Shown: piece after piece, positions 27,841 through 38,700 of the stretch | Layout of the letters: each line of letters opens with the position of its first letter | How positions within the stretch are numbered: position 1 is the first letter of the stretch | NCBI GenBank assembly: GCA_016212105.1 | Contig: JACRHJ010000046.1 | Coordinates: forward strand, 30,136-94,135 | Origin: Nitrospirota bacterium | GTDB lineage: Bacteria; Nitrospirota; JACRHJ01 | Direction: 5' to 3' | DNA length: 64,000 bases | The notes under the pieces: model-generated | The model's database searches: none | What the model was told of the DNA's origin: nothing | Seen by the model: the letters and a program-made list of their open reading frames with translations, nothing else | Translations under genes and position numbers: made by a program

Positions 27841-29493
27841 ATGAGTGTTTTTACTCATAAGATTGATATTGTTGCAGGCGCGTCAACAATAAATGAGGAT
27901 AACGTGAGAAAACTTCATAAAAACGCCAATAAAACCTATTGGCTGTACCTCCTTCTGGTGATATTCGCGGCCGCGCTGGTCGCACCGGACCAGGCCTTTG
28001 CGGCGCCTATCGGCTGCGGAGGCTGTCACAGCACTCCTCCGTCGGATACGGACAGCGAGGGTTGTCTCGTCGAGACCGCCAAGAGCCATCTGGCTCACTC
28101 AAGCGCGGACACCTCCACATGTCTCAGATGCCACCCGGCCCCCGGCACGGTGCACGCGCCCGGCGGCAGGCATTACGACGGCCTGGTCAACGTCACCTCG
28201 CTGCCCGGACTTGGAATGAACTACACCAAGGCGGACTCGACCTGCACGAGCGTCTGCCACAAGAACGAGAACTCATACGTCTGGGGCGGAAGTCTTGACT
28301 GCAACTCCTGCCACTTCAGGAGCGGCGCGCAGGGCAACTACATCATGTCCGGACAGCACATGGCGTCGGACCGGAGTTTCCGGCATTTCAGCTCCCCCAT
28401 AAAGGTCACTGACAACACGAAGACCATTACGTGCGCCAACTGCCACCCTGTAAACGGGGGCGACAACACCGCGCCGCGAAGCCATATCAACTCGGCCAGC
28501 TTCGACAAGAAGGCCGACATGTCGGAGGCGCACACCTACGTCAACGTATCCGGCGTGGGCATCGTAAAGGGCGCGACGGCGGCGGACGCGACCTGCTCGA
28601 ACTCCTGCCACTACAACGGCACGGATACGTTTGGGCTGCTGACGACGTACTTCAGGCCCGGCCAGAAGGTCCGGTTCGGCCCGTACCAGAGTTCGAACTG
28701 GGGCTCGGAAGACCTCAACTGCAACGAGTGCCACAGCTCCCCGAGCCAGAGCGCGAGCTTCGGCGGGTCGAGCAGCGTGAACGCCGACAAGCACCATACG
28801 TCCCACATGTTCAAGTACAAGCTGGCCGCCGGCAGGTACGCGAACGACGACAAGAACATATACTGCTACGACTGCCACCGCCTCCCCGACATGTCAGGGA
28901 CCCGCGGGTTCAAGGGGCACTCCACGACAGGTCAGGGCGGGAGCGGTATGATATCCCTGCCAGTGAAGTCCGGAAACGCCAAGGTGAACATCGCGTGGCG
29001 CAACGGCAACGTCGGCCACGACGGCATCAACCCGCCCGCGTACGACAAGGACGCAAGGACCTGCGACAACGTGTACTGCCACACCGCCATATCTTCCGCG
29101 ACCTGGACCGACAGGGCCTGCGACGACTGCCACGGCGTCCGGGGCGGCGTCCTGACCGGCTCCGGCGCCCCCGGCTACAGGAACTGGACCACCCCGGCCA
29201 CGTACCCCGAGTTCCAGGAGTACGCGGGCGGCGGCGGCGCACACTACCTGCACGTCTTCGGACGCGGGTACACCTGCAACACCTGCCACAGCAGCGGCGG
29301 CAAGGACGGCAACCCCGCCAACCACAACCAGGGCGCGGGTACGGTCATCAGGGCCAACGTGAACGTCGGCATGGAGACCGCGTACTGGTTCAACGGCGTT
29401 CCTTCTTCGTACGATACAGCTACCAGGACCTGCCTGAGCGTCAACTGCCATTACGGGACGTCGAGGAGCTGGGACTGCGAGCCGCTTCATTAA
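27841..29493 (+). CDS. multiheme c-type cytochrome (~12 heme-binding motifs), secreted
   Basis: Of the 12 motifs, eight are CXXCH (CGGCH, CLRCH, CNSCH, CANCH, CNECH, CYDCH, CDDCH, CNTCH). The rest are CX3CH (CTSVCH, CSNSCH) and CX4CH (CDNVYCH, CLSVNCH). The signal peptide is KTYWLYLLLVIFAAALVAPDQAFA. The likely true start is GTG 27904 with a GAGGA RBS. The C-terminal module (...NCHYG.S..W.C) is shared with the 1994-aa paralog. Confidence 0.8.
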   Translation: MSVFTHKIDIVAGASTINEDNVRKLHKNANKTYWLYLLLVIFAAALVAPDQAFAAPIGCGGCHSTPPSDTDSEGCLVETAKSHLAHSSADTSTCLRCHPAPGTVHAPGGRHYDGLVNVTSLPGLGMNYTKADSTCTSVCHKNENSYVWGGSLDCNSCHFRSGAQGNYIMSGQHMASDRSFRHFSSPIKVTDNTKTITCANCHPVNGGDNTAPRSHINSASFDKKADMSEAHTYVNVSGVGIVKGATAADATCSNSCHYNGTDTFGLLTTYFRPGQKVRFGPYQSSNWGSEDLNCNECHSSPSQSASFGGSSSVNADKHHTSHMFKYKLAAGRYANDDKNIYCYDCHRLPDMSGTRGFKGHSTTGQGGSGMISLPVKSGNAKVNIAWRNGNVGHDGINPPAYDKDARTCDNVYCHTAISSATWTDRACDDCHGVRGGVLTGSGAPGYRNWTTPATYPEFQEYAGGGGAHYLHVFGRGYTCNTCHSSGGKDGNPANHNQGAGTVIRANVNVGMETAYWFNGVPSSYDTATRTCLSVNCHYGTSRSWDCEPLH

Positions 29494-29578
29494 GACAGGC
29501 GATAAAGGATTACGAGATATACGGAACTGAACTTTCTGAGTTTTGAAGTTAACTTGTTAAGAGGCGAGGGAGGCTGGG

Positions 29579-32500
29579 ATGGAAAAGAGAAGGCGGACCG
29601 GAGTTGCTTCGGGCTGGATGTTGATGCTGGCATTCGTGGTTAGCATGTTCATCCCGGCCGTGGCGCACGCGACCAAGGCCACCAACCCGGGCACGGTGAC
29701 GTGCACCCAGAACGGGAGCGCGATAGACGTCGTCGCCACGTTCACGATAGTCAACTGCGCCGGTGGCGACACGAACCTGCCCCAGTTCTATGTGGAGTGG
29801 GACATAGACCCGGACGGCGGCGGCGCCGGCGTGCCGGACTGGACGGGCACGGGTTACGGCAACAGCGGGAGCTACGCCACGGACAACACCACGCCGTACA
29901 ACTACACGACGCCCGCACTCACGTTGGGCAACAGCTATGCCGTCAGGGTCACCTATCAGGACTTGGACGGCATCGGCGTCACGTGCGGCGGCGCCACCAC
30001 GCAGGTGGTCAACGGCAACAACGTCCAGCTCGGCAACAACTCGACCACGACCGGCTCGCTCAGCTCCCCGTCGCAGACCATGAACTCGGTGGACCTGGAG
30101 GCGACGTACACAAACGACGACAACAACAGTAACACTGCCGTCTTCGAGTACCAGCACCCGGTCAACGGCTGGACGACCATCAGCGGCCCCAGCGTGACGA
30201 GGGGGACGAAGACCTGGTCGGTGTCGGCCACCGGCCTGGACCCCGGCACGTCTTACAACTTCAGGGTGACATTCTCTGACGGCGACACGGTCAGCGGCAC
30301 GAACCCGGTAACCGGCAGCTACTCCACCATGGTCTTCTGCAGCAGCACGGTCACCGGCTGCACCGACTGCCACACTATGCCGCCGTCCGCCGGCGACCAC
30401 GAGATCAGCGCCCACAAAGGCGCGGGCGCCCGCGACGACTGCGCGGTCTGCCACTACAACTACGCCGCGATGACCAACGTGACATCGGCGTCGAGGTGGC
30501 TGACCGGCCATTCGAACCTTACTATGGACATATACACCTCCAACCACGTTGCGAACAAGGTCTTCTCCGCCCCGTACGACAAGGGCATCAAGGGCGGCTA
30601 CTACAAGGGCTACAGGAACTCTTCCACCTTGTGGGAAGACAAAACGCCCAACGCAAACAACGTCTGCGCCGCTACGTACTGCCACGGCGCGGGCGACTCG
30701 CCCGTTTGGGGCGTCGGCACGGCTTCCTGCGGAAGCTGCCACGGCGTGTCCACACCGCCGGCCGGAGGCAAGCACGGCTCCCACACCAACGGCTACGTCG
30801 GGTACAAGGACAGCTCCAACGCGACGACATACAACTTCGGCTGCTACAAGTGCCACGACGAAGGGACGGTAGGCCACTCGTCCGGGCCGAGCAGTGCCAA
30901 CCAGGCGGCGGCCGTCGGCTTCGACAACCGCACCGCCCCGTTCAACCCCTCGGGCAGCTACACCCCGGGCGGCTCGACGGCCGGCACGGACGGCACGTTC
31001 AACTGGACCAACGGCACATGCGCGAGCCTTTACTGCCACTCAGACGGCAAGGGCGGCTACACCAACCCGACCTGGAACGGCACGCTTGCCGCCAACTGCC
31101 TCGGCTGCCACAAGAACAACAAGGCATCCGGCGGCGGCAACATCATGGCCACCGGCAAGCACACGGAGCACGTTAACAACGCGGACGCGAACCTTGCCAC
31201 GTACGGCTGCGTGAAATGTCACAACGCGACAGTCAGCGCGGACAGGACGCTCTCCGACAAGTCCAAGCACGTGGACGGGACCCCGAACGTCGCCTTCGAC
31301 ACGCTCAACCCGTCCGGCTCATACTCGAGCCCGGACTGCTCGACGGCCTACTGCCACAGCACCGGCCAGTCCACGCCTTCCTACCAGACCCCTGACTGGA
31401 ACACGGGCGCGGCCCTCACATGCGACGGCTGCCACGGCGTCGAGGGCGTCGCGCTTTCGGCCGGCGCTCCGGAATACGCGAACGCCTCCACTAGCAACAG
31501 GAACACGTTCAACAGCCACGACAAGCACGCGCTTGCCGACGCGGACTGCGTGAACTGCCACGGCCAGACCGTGGACGGGGCCAAGGCCATAGTCGCCTCC
31601 TCCCGTCACATCGACACGTTCAGGAACGTAAGCTTCGCCAAGGGCGGCACGTACAACACCACGCTCAAGCGCTGCGACAACACCGACTGCCACGGCACGA
31701 CCGAGATGCGCTGGGGCGGGTCGCTCCCGGCAAGCTGCCAGAGCTGCCACAGCGACATGGGCGCGGGCACGAACGGTTCGCACGGCAATACGGGCAAGCA
31801 CGACAGGCACACAAACGCGTACGGCTACGCCTGCGAGGTATGCCACGCCACGAAGAACGCCACCGGAAACACCAGCCATGCGGGCGGCGACGTATCGTCA
31901 AAGCACGCGGCACAGGTGTTCTTCAACAGGTCCGCGACGGTCTGGACCGCCATACAGTACGGCGGCGGCGGTTCGAGCTTCAAGTACCTCCAGATGGACA
32001 GCGCGTTCGGCCTCTCGGGCATCGCGCCAATCTACAAGCCGGCGACCACCGCTTCCGCACAGTCGGACCCGATAAGCCTCAACAGGAAGTGGACCGAGGG
32101 CCGCTGCGAGAACGTCTGGTGCCACTCGAACGCGAACCCGATGGGCGGCGCGATGCAGTACGCGCAGTTCGCCAACTGGTCGGCCTCCGAGGCGACAACA
32201 TGCACGTCCTGCCACGGCGGGCCCGGGACATACGCCGCCGTGTCGCTGTCCGCGAAGCACAAGATGCACGCGGGCACGGACAGGTACTCGTACGCATGCA
32301 GCGAGTGCCATAACGCGACGGTCGGCTCCGGCAACTCGCCGGTCACCGACCTGACGAAGCATGTCAACGCGGTCAAGGACGTTGGCTTCGACGGCACCAA
32401 CGTCAGCGGCTCCTACACAGGCCCGAACTGCTCCACCCTTTACTGCCACGGCGACGGAAACGGCGGCACCGGCGGCGCTGCCTGGAACGGCGCGGCCACG

Positions 32501-35500
32501 ACCTGCACGAGCTGCCATGCCTACTCGGCCCTTGCCACGAGCAAGCACGACGAGCATCTGGCGGGCGGCAACCTCGCCTCCTTCAGGTGCGGTGACTGCC
32601 ACAAGGTCACAGTGCAGACCAACAATACGACGATCAACTATGCACTGGGCAAGCACGTCAACAGCACCAAGGACGTCTCGTTCAAGGCGATGGGCAGCTA
32701 CACCGGCTTCTACACGGCGTCAAGGACCTGCCGGAACTCCTACTGCCACAGCTCGGGCCAGGCCACTCCGAGCTTCCGCACGGCGGCCGACTGGTCGGGC
32801 GCCACTGCATACGGCTGCGCCTCCTGCCACGGCGCTGACTCGGCATTCCTCGCGCCGTCCGGCGAGCCAAACTACGCAAACGTCTCTACGGCCACCAGGA
32901 ACGCGTTCAACAGCCACAGCTCCCACGTAACCGCGTCCACGGACTGCGCCAGGTGCCACAACACCACGGTCGACGCCTCGCAGGCAGTACTCGCGGGCGG
33001 CAAGCACCTTGACACGGCGCGCGACGTATCGTTCGCCAAGGGCGGCACGTACAACAACACGAGCAAGCGCTGCAACAACACCGACTGCCACGGCACGACG
33101 CAGATGCGCTGGGGCGGCAGGCTTCCGAAGAACTGCCAGTCCTGCCACTCCGACATGGGCTCGGGCACGTACGCGAACCACAGCTCGACCGGCAAGCACG
33201 GCAAGCACGTGGCGACTTACGGCTACGCCTGCGAGGTCTGCCACGCGACCAAGAACGCATCCGTCAACACCAGCCATGCGGGCGGCGACGTCTCGTCCAA
33301 ACATGCGGCGCAGGTGTTCTTCAACACATCCGCCACGGTATGGGCGAACGTCACTTACGGCGGTGGCGGCGCGTCGCTCAAGTACAGGCAGATGGACGGC
33401 GCATACGGCCAGAACGGCATAGCCCCGGTCTACACCCCGTGGACGACCACCACGGCGCTCTCCGACCCGCTCAGCCCGAACCGCAAGTACACCCAGGGCC
33501 GCTGCGACAACATATGGTGCCACTCCAACGCGAAACCGCTGGGCGGCGTCATAACCTACGCGAAGTTCGCCAACTGGTCGACGGGCGAGACCGCGACATG
33601 CACCTCCTGCCATGGTGGGGCTGGCACGTTTGCGAACGTAACGCTTTCCGACGCGCACAAGAAGCATGTCGGTACGGACCGCTACGGCTACACCTGCAGC
33701 GAGTGCCACAACGCAACCGTCTCGGCGGGCAACTCGCCGGTAACGGACTACAGCAAGCACGTCAACGCGGCCAAGGAAGTGGGCTTCGACGGGACCAACC
33801 CGGCCGGCACGTACACCAGCCCGAGCTGCGCGAACCTCGCCTGCCACGGTAACGGAAACGGCGGCACCGGCTCCTATGCATGGAACGGCGCCGCGACAAC
33901 ATGCGCGAGCTGCCACAACTACACCGTTGGCTCGGGCTCGCCGATTACGACCGGCGCACACGGCACGCACATCAACCAGGGCAACCTCGGCGTGTCCAAG
34001 TGCGTAGACTGCCACAAGCTGACGGTGCTGAACAACAACACCACGATCCAGTACTCGACCGGCAACCACGTAAACCAGGTCAAGACGGTGTCGATGAAGA
34101 GCTTTAACTCCTACACCGGCTTCTACACAGCATCGAACACCTGCCGGAACGCGTACTGCCACAGCTCCGGCCAGTTCGTACCGGCCTTCGTCACGACCCC
34201 GGTCTGGGCCTCCGGCAGCCTCACCTGCGACGGCTGCCACGGCGCCGAGGGTGCGACGCTCGTTGCCGGCTCGCCGGAGTACGCGAACGTGTCCACGACC
34301 AACAGGAACACGTTCAACGGACACGCGGTAAGCGGGCACGTCGGCGCGGCAACCGACTGCATCAAGTGCCACAACTCCACCGTCGACGCCGCGGGCGCGA
34401 TAAAGGCCGGCTCCCTGCACCTCGACGGTTCGAGGAACGTGAGCTTCCAGCTCGGCGGCAGCTACGACAGCACGAACAAGCGCTGCAGCAACACCGACGC
34501 AGGGTGCCACGGCACGACGACCATGCGCTGGGGCGGCTCGGGCACCTGCTCAACCTGCCACCAGGTGACTACGGCCGAGGACGACGACTATACATACGGT
34601 TCTCTGCCGAAGGCGACAGTGAACTTCTACGAGTACACCTCGGTCGGCCACGGCAAGAAGGGCGCGTACAGGTACACCGGCAACACCGGCGCGGACCTGG
34701 CCTGCACCTCGTGCCACAGCATGACGACACCGCACAACGCGGCTACCAACCCGTTCAGGCTGATATCCTCGGCGACCATCAAGCCGAGCCAGCCGAACAC
34801 GCTGTGCGCGTCCTGCCACGGGACGGTGGGCAACCACGACTTCGCGCACGTCGCGCAGGGCACCTGGTCCTGGACGCCGAAGTGCGTAGACTGCCACGAC
34901 CCGCACGGCGACAACGGCGGCGTGACGACCACGGAGAGAAACGGCGCGATGGTGCAGAAGCAGGTGTCCTACACCGCGTCCAACACCTACGGCGTGCCGG
35001 GCACCACCGAGGCCGTAGACTTCCCGGCCAACTACGCCCGCGCAAAGAGCCTCGCGGCTTTCAACTGGTCGAGCTTCGTGGTCAACACCGGCCAGGCCAA
35101 CAAGGGCATATGCCGCGTCTGCCATACGCAGGCGAGCACGAACTACTTCACGAGGACCGTGTCCAGCTCTACCCATGAGATCGGCTCGGCCTGCATAACC
35201 TGCCATTCGCACCCGGCAGGGTTCCAGCCGCCGGCCTGCGACAGCTGCCACGGCAACCCGCCGAACACCGGCGACGCGAAGACCGACACGCAGGGCGCGG
35301 TCGGCGCGCACGCCAAGCACGTGAACAGGGGCATGAGCTGCTACGACTGCCACAAGTCGAACCAGCACAACCAGTCCGGCGTCTCCAGCGGGTACTCCGG
35401 CGCGCTCACCCCGGGCTTCGTGAACATGAGCGTCGCATACACGTTCAAGTTCAACGGCAGCCTGCCGAACTACAACGGTACGCCGGGCGGCTGGAGCACG

Positions 35501-35563
35501 AGCAAGACCTGCAGCAACGTAAACTGCCATTACGGCGAGTCGAAGGACTGGAGCTGCCAGTAA
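29579..35563 (+). CDS. giant multiheme c-type cytochrome, 1994 aa, ~45 heme-binding motifs
   Basis: The signal peptide is MLMLAFVVSMFIPAVAHA. A non-heme N-terminal ~250 aa Thr/Gly/Asn-rich region comes first, then 45 CX(2-6)CH motifs: about 32 CXXCH, about 12 CX4CH (for example CAATYCH, CENVWCH, CRNSYCH) and 1 CX6CH. The protein is built of three ~470-aa tandem modules. Confidence 0.85.
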   Translation: MEKRRRTGVASGWMLMLAFVVSMFIPAVAHATKATNPGTVTCTQNGSAIDVVATFTIVNCAGGDTNLPQFYVEWDIDPDGGGAGVPDWTGTGYGNSGSYATDNTTPYNYTTPALTLGNSYAVRVTYQDLDGIGVTCGGATTQVVNGNNVQLGNNSTTTGSLSSPSQTMNSVDLEATYTNDDNNSNTAVFEYQHPVNGWTTISGPSVTRGTKTWSVSATGLDPGTSYNFRVTFSDGDTVSGTNPVTGSYSTMVFCSSTVTGCTDCHTMPPSAGDHEISAHKGAGARDDCAVCHYNYAAMTNVTSASRWLTGHSNLTMDIYTSNHVANKVFSAPYDKGIKGGYYKGYRNSSTLWEDKTPNANNVCAATYCHGAGDSPVWGVGTASCGSCHGVSTPPAGGKHGSHTNGYVGYKDSSNATTYNFGCYKCHDEGTVGHSSGPSSANQAAAVGFDNRTAPFNPSGSYTPGGSTAGTDGTFNWTNGTCASLYCHSDGKGGYTNPTWNGTLAANCLGCHKNNKASGGGNIMATGKHTEHVNNADANLATYGCVKCHNATVSADRTLSDKSKHVDGTPNVAFDTLNPSGSYSSPDCSTAYCHSTGQSTPSYQTPDWNTGAALTCDGCHGVEGVALSAGAPEYANASTSNRNTFNSHDKHALADADCVNCHGQTVDGAKAIVASSRHIDTFRNVSFAKGGTYNTTLKRCDNTDCHGTTEMRWGGSLPASCQSCHSDMGAGTNGSHGNTGKHDRHTNAYGYACEVCHATKNATGNTSHAGGDVSSKHAAQVFFNRSATVWTAIQYGGGGSSFKYLQMDSAFGLSGIAPIYKPATTASAQSDPISLNRKWTEGRCENVWCHSNANPMGGAMQYAQFANWSASEATTCTSCHGGPGTYAAVSLSAKHKMHAGTDRYSYACSECHNATVGSGNSPVTDLTKHVNAVKDVGFDGTNVSGSYTGPNCSTLYCHGDGNGGTGGAAWNGAATTCTSCHAYSALATSKHDEHLAGGNLASFRCGDCHKVTVQTNNTTINYALGKHVNSTKDVSFKAMGSYTGFYTASRTCRNSYCHSSGQATPSFRTAADWSGATAYGCASCHGADSAFLAPSGEPNYANVSTATRNAFNSHSSHVTASTDCARCHNTTVDASQAVLAGGKHLDTARDVSFAKGGTYNNTSKRCNNTDCHGTTQMRWGGRLPKNCQSCHSDMGSGTYANHSSTGKHGKHVATYGYACEVCHATKNASVNTSHAGGDVSSKHAAQVFFNTSATVWANVTYGGGGASLKYRQMDGAYGQNGIAPVYTPWTTTTALSDPLSPNRKYTQGRCDNIWCHSNAKPLGGVITYAKFANWSTGETATCTSCHGGAGTFANVTLSDAHKKHVGTDRYGYTCSECHNATVSAGNSPVTDYSKHVNAAKEVGFDGTNPAGTYTSPSCANLACHGNGNGGTGSYAWNGAATTCASCHNYTVGSGSPITTGAHGTHINQGNLGVSKCVDCHKLTVLNNNTTIQYSTGNHVNQVKTVSMKSFNSYTGFYTASNTCRNAYCHSSGQFVPAFVTTPVWASGSLTCDGCHGAEGATLVAGSPEYANVSTTNRNTFNGHAVSGHVGAATDCIKCHNSTVDAAGAIKAGSLHLDGSRNVSFQLGGSYDSTNKRCSNTDAGCHGTTTMRWGGSGTCSTCHQVTTAEDDDYTYGSLPKATVNFYEYTSVGHGKKGAYRYTGNTGADLACTSCHSMTTPHNAATNPFRLISSATIKPSQPNTLCASCHGTVGNHDFAHVAQGTWSWTPKCVDCHDPHGDNGGVTTTERNGAMVQKQVSYTASNTYGVPGTTEAVDFPANYARAKSLAAFNWSSFVVNTGQANKGICRVCHTQASTNYFTRTVSSSTHEIGSACITCHSHPAGFQPPACDSCHGNPPNTGDAKTDTQGAVGAHAKHVNRGMSCYDCHKSNQHNQSGVSSGYSGALTPGFVNMSVAYTFKFNGSLPNYNGTPGGWSTSKTCSNVNCHYGESKDWSCQ
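31421..35563 (+). repeat. three tandem ~1.4-kb coding repeat units inside the 1994-aa cytochrome gene (unit boundaries ~31421, ~32816, ~34225)
   Basis: Units 1 and 2 are about 85% identical at the DNA level. An example is ...aagcgctgcgacaacaccgactgccacggcacgac... versus ...aagcgctgcaacaacaccgactgccacggcacgac.... Unit 3 is more diverged. Confidence 0.6.
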
Positions 35564-35576
35564 GTCGTAGGGAGAA

Positions 35577-35607
35577 CCCCCTGGAGGCCGGTAACGGCCT
35601 CCAGGGG
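35577..35607 (+). terminator. strong stem-loop (cccctggaggccg-gtaa-cggcctccagggg) after cytochrome 2; no U-tract
   Basis: It is a perfect 13-bp stem. It is related to the stem-loop after cytochrome 3 (42241..42267), sharing the gaggccg-N3-4-cggcctc core. It may be an attenuator or an RNA-stability element rather than a full terminator. Confidence 0.4.
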
Positions 35608-35623
35608 TGAACTTATTCAGGTC

Positions 35624-35652
35624 TTGGGTATTGGCCGAAAATGTGCTATATT
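35624..35652 (+). promoter_or_regulatory. candidate extended -10 sigma-70 promoter (TTGGGT-N17-TGcTATATT) for the second giant cytochrome
   Basis: The extended -10 element aTGtGcTATATT lies at 35642..35652, about 120 nt upstream of the ATG at 35776. Confidence 0.3.
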
Positions 35653-35775
35653 CGGCCTTGTCCCTAGCCCTGAAAAGTGCGGACGCGGGGAGAAACTCCG
35701 CGTCCTTCTGGTTGCGTTATTCAATACGAGACCTTATATTTAATAGATATAGATTTTCCGCACACGGAGGAACCG

Positions 35776-38700
35776 ATGAGGCGTATAGCTCTCGAAGGCA
35801 GTATCACATACATTGCCGCGCTGGCGGCGGCGCTGATAGTCATGTTGTCGCCAGGCTCCGCGCTTGCGGTCAAGTATTGGACCAATACCGGGACGGTCAC
35901 TGCTACGGCGAACGGCAATGCGATAAACGTCAGCGCGACCTACACCACAGGTGGCACAAGCTGCGGTAACGGCGGAGACACAGCGCCGACGTTCTTCGTG
36001 GAGTGGGACGTTACGCCCGCCGACTGGACGGGCGCGGGATACGGCTCGTCCGGCGGGTACAATGCGGACACGGGCGGGGTATCGCCTTACGCCTATACGA
36101 CGCCAAACCTCGCGGCCGGGACCTACGCGGTCAGGGTTACCTACGAAGACGCCAACGGTATAGCCTCCTGCGGCGGCGGCAACGTCGCGGTAAACGCCGG
36201 CTCCAACGTGACGCTGGTAGCGAACAACCTCACAGTGGGGACGAACTCCGCGGTAGTAAACTCGTCGACGCAGATAACCGCCTCGGCGACGTTCTCTGAC
36301 GACATCAACGGGAACAGCAACACCAGCTTCCGTTACAGCACGAACGCCGGCGGCCCCTGGACGGACAAGTGCCTGAGCGTTACAGGAAATTCGCCGCGTA
36401 CCTGCGTGATAGACGGCCTCTCCGCGAGCACGGACTACTACGTACAGGTAACGCATGCAGACGCGGACGGCGTGACCGGGACGAACCCGCAGGTCGTGGG
36501 CCCGTACACGACACAGTCCGCGGTCGCCTGCGACCCGCTGGTCAACGACTGCTCAGACTGCCACGCGGCCCCGCCTGCCGACTGGGACGGTATCAGCCCG
36601 AAGGCCGGTACCACCGGCCACAAGGGCGACCACGCAGTCCCCGCCCACACCTCGGACGGCGCGAGGGACAAGTGTGCGATATGCCACTTCAAGTATTCGG
36701 GCATGGTGAATGTCACATCGGCCGCGCGCTGGCCGGTGGGACATTTAAACGGCATACTGGACATATATACATCCAACCACGTGGCAAACAAGGTATTCTC
36801 CGCCCCGTACGACAAGGGCATCAAGGGCGGCTACTACAAGGGCTACAGGAACAGGTCAACCATATTCGAAGAAAAAGCCGCGAACGCCAACAACGCCTGC
36901 ACTGCGACGTACTGCCACGGCGCGGGCGACTCGCCCGTATGGGGGACAGGCACGGCCTCGTGCGGCAGCTGCCACTCGCTTCCGCCGTCCGCGGGCAAGC
37001 ACGCAACGCACAGCCAGGGACTCGTCGGGCACGGAAACGGCAACAGCGGCACGACTTACGACTTCGGCTGCTACAAATGCCACTCCAACACGTCGGGCCA
37101 CTCCGCCGGCCCGGTGAGCGCGAACCGCGCGGCGCTTGTGGACTTCAACAACCTCTCGTCGCCCGTGAACGCCTCCGGCTCCTACGTGGAAGGCGCGCTC
37201 GCGGGCACGGACGGGACGTTCAAATGGACGAACGGGACCTGCAACGGCCTTTACTGCCACTCGACCGGCAAGGGCGGCGCGCCCGGCACCACGGCCACCT
37301 GGAACGGCACGATGGCGGCGAACTGCGCGGGCTGCCACAGGGGCACTACGGCATCCGGAACGCCGATGAACTCGGGCAAGCACACCCAGCACATGACCTC
37401 CGGCGCGTACAACTACGCCTGCAACAAGTGCCACAACGACACGACCACCACCGGCACGACCGTGACTAATACCGCGTTCCACGTCAACTCCTCGATCGAC
37501 GTGAAGTTCGAGGGGCAGAACCCCACCGGCTCATATGCTGGCACGACATGTTCGAGCATGTCCTGCCACTCGGACGGCGCGGGCGGCACGGGAAGCGCGG
37601 ACTGGACCGGTGCCGCCATGACATGCACGTCGTGCCACAAGTTCAACAAGGCCGCGGCCCCCAACGACATCACAAGCGGGAAGCACACGCAGCACATAAA
37701 CAACGGCGACCTCGGCAAGATATCCTGCTCGCAGTGCCACAGGCTGACCGTCAGCGCGGGCGATTCGCCCGTCACCGGCTACTCAAGGCACGTGAACGCC
37801 GCCAAGGACGTCTATTTCAACGCGCTCAACACTTACACCGGCTTCTACACCGGCGCGTACACCTGCCGCAACAACTACTGCCACAGCTCGGGCCAGGCGA
37901 CCCCGACGTTCCGGACTGCTGACGCGTGGAACGGCGCGACGACGTACACGTGCAACGCGTGCCACGGCGCGGACAACTACTACACGGACGTGAACGGGTC
38001 TCCTGACTACCAGAACGTCTCGTCCTCGACGCGCAACAGCTTCAACGGGCATTACCTGCCCGGCCACGTAGCCGCGACCGGCGACTGCATCGACTGCCAC
38101 AGGACTGTCGTGAACAACTTCGGGAACCTGACGACCGGCACGGTGAAGCACATAGACGCCACGAGGGACGTTATGTTCAAGGGCGGCGGCTCATACGCCA
38201 ACAAGCGCTGCACGAACACGAACTGCCACGGGACGACTGCGGTGCGCTGGGGCGGCAAGCTTCCGAAGGACTGCCAGTCCTGCCACAGCGACCAGGGCGC
38301 GGGCTCGTATGCGAACCACAGCACGACCGGCAAGCACAGGAAGCACACTGATTCGGCGACCTACAACTACGCGTGCGAGGTATGCCACGCGCTCCTTAAC
38401 GCGAGCGGCAACACGGACCACGCGAAGGGCGACGTCGGCGCGAACCAGGCTGCGCAGATAGTGTTCCACAGCGCGACGACGGCATGGCGCACGAAGACCT
38501 ACGGCTCTGGCGGCGCCGCCAAGCGGTACGTCCAGATGGACAGCGCGCTTGGCGCGGCGCACAGCCCTGTATACGCGGCCGGCCCGGCCTCGGCGGGCTC
38601 CGACCCGGTGAACGTGAACCGCAAGTGGACTCAGGGCCGCTGCACTGCCATATGGTGCCACTCGAACGGCCAGAGCACGCCGACGTACGTTAACTTTGCT

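Noticed and set aside
29579-35563. Apparent enrichment of N-x-S/T sequons, as a hint of N-glycosylation, in the giant cytochromes.
   Set aside because: The proteins are so Asn/Ser/Thr-rich that the sequon count is close to compositional expectation. No oligosaccharyltransferase (PglB/AglB) is present in the window. Only the O-GT-like TMTC protein is retained as a hypothesis.
35564-35775. Possibility that cytochromes 2 and 3 are one frameshifted or collapsed gene.
   Set aside because: A clean stop is followed by a 13-bp stem-loop, then a 210-nt spacer carrying a promoter-like element. A new RBS and signal peptide at 35776 follow, which supports two separate genes.
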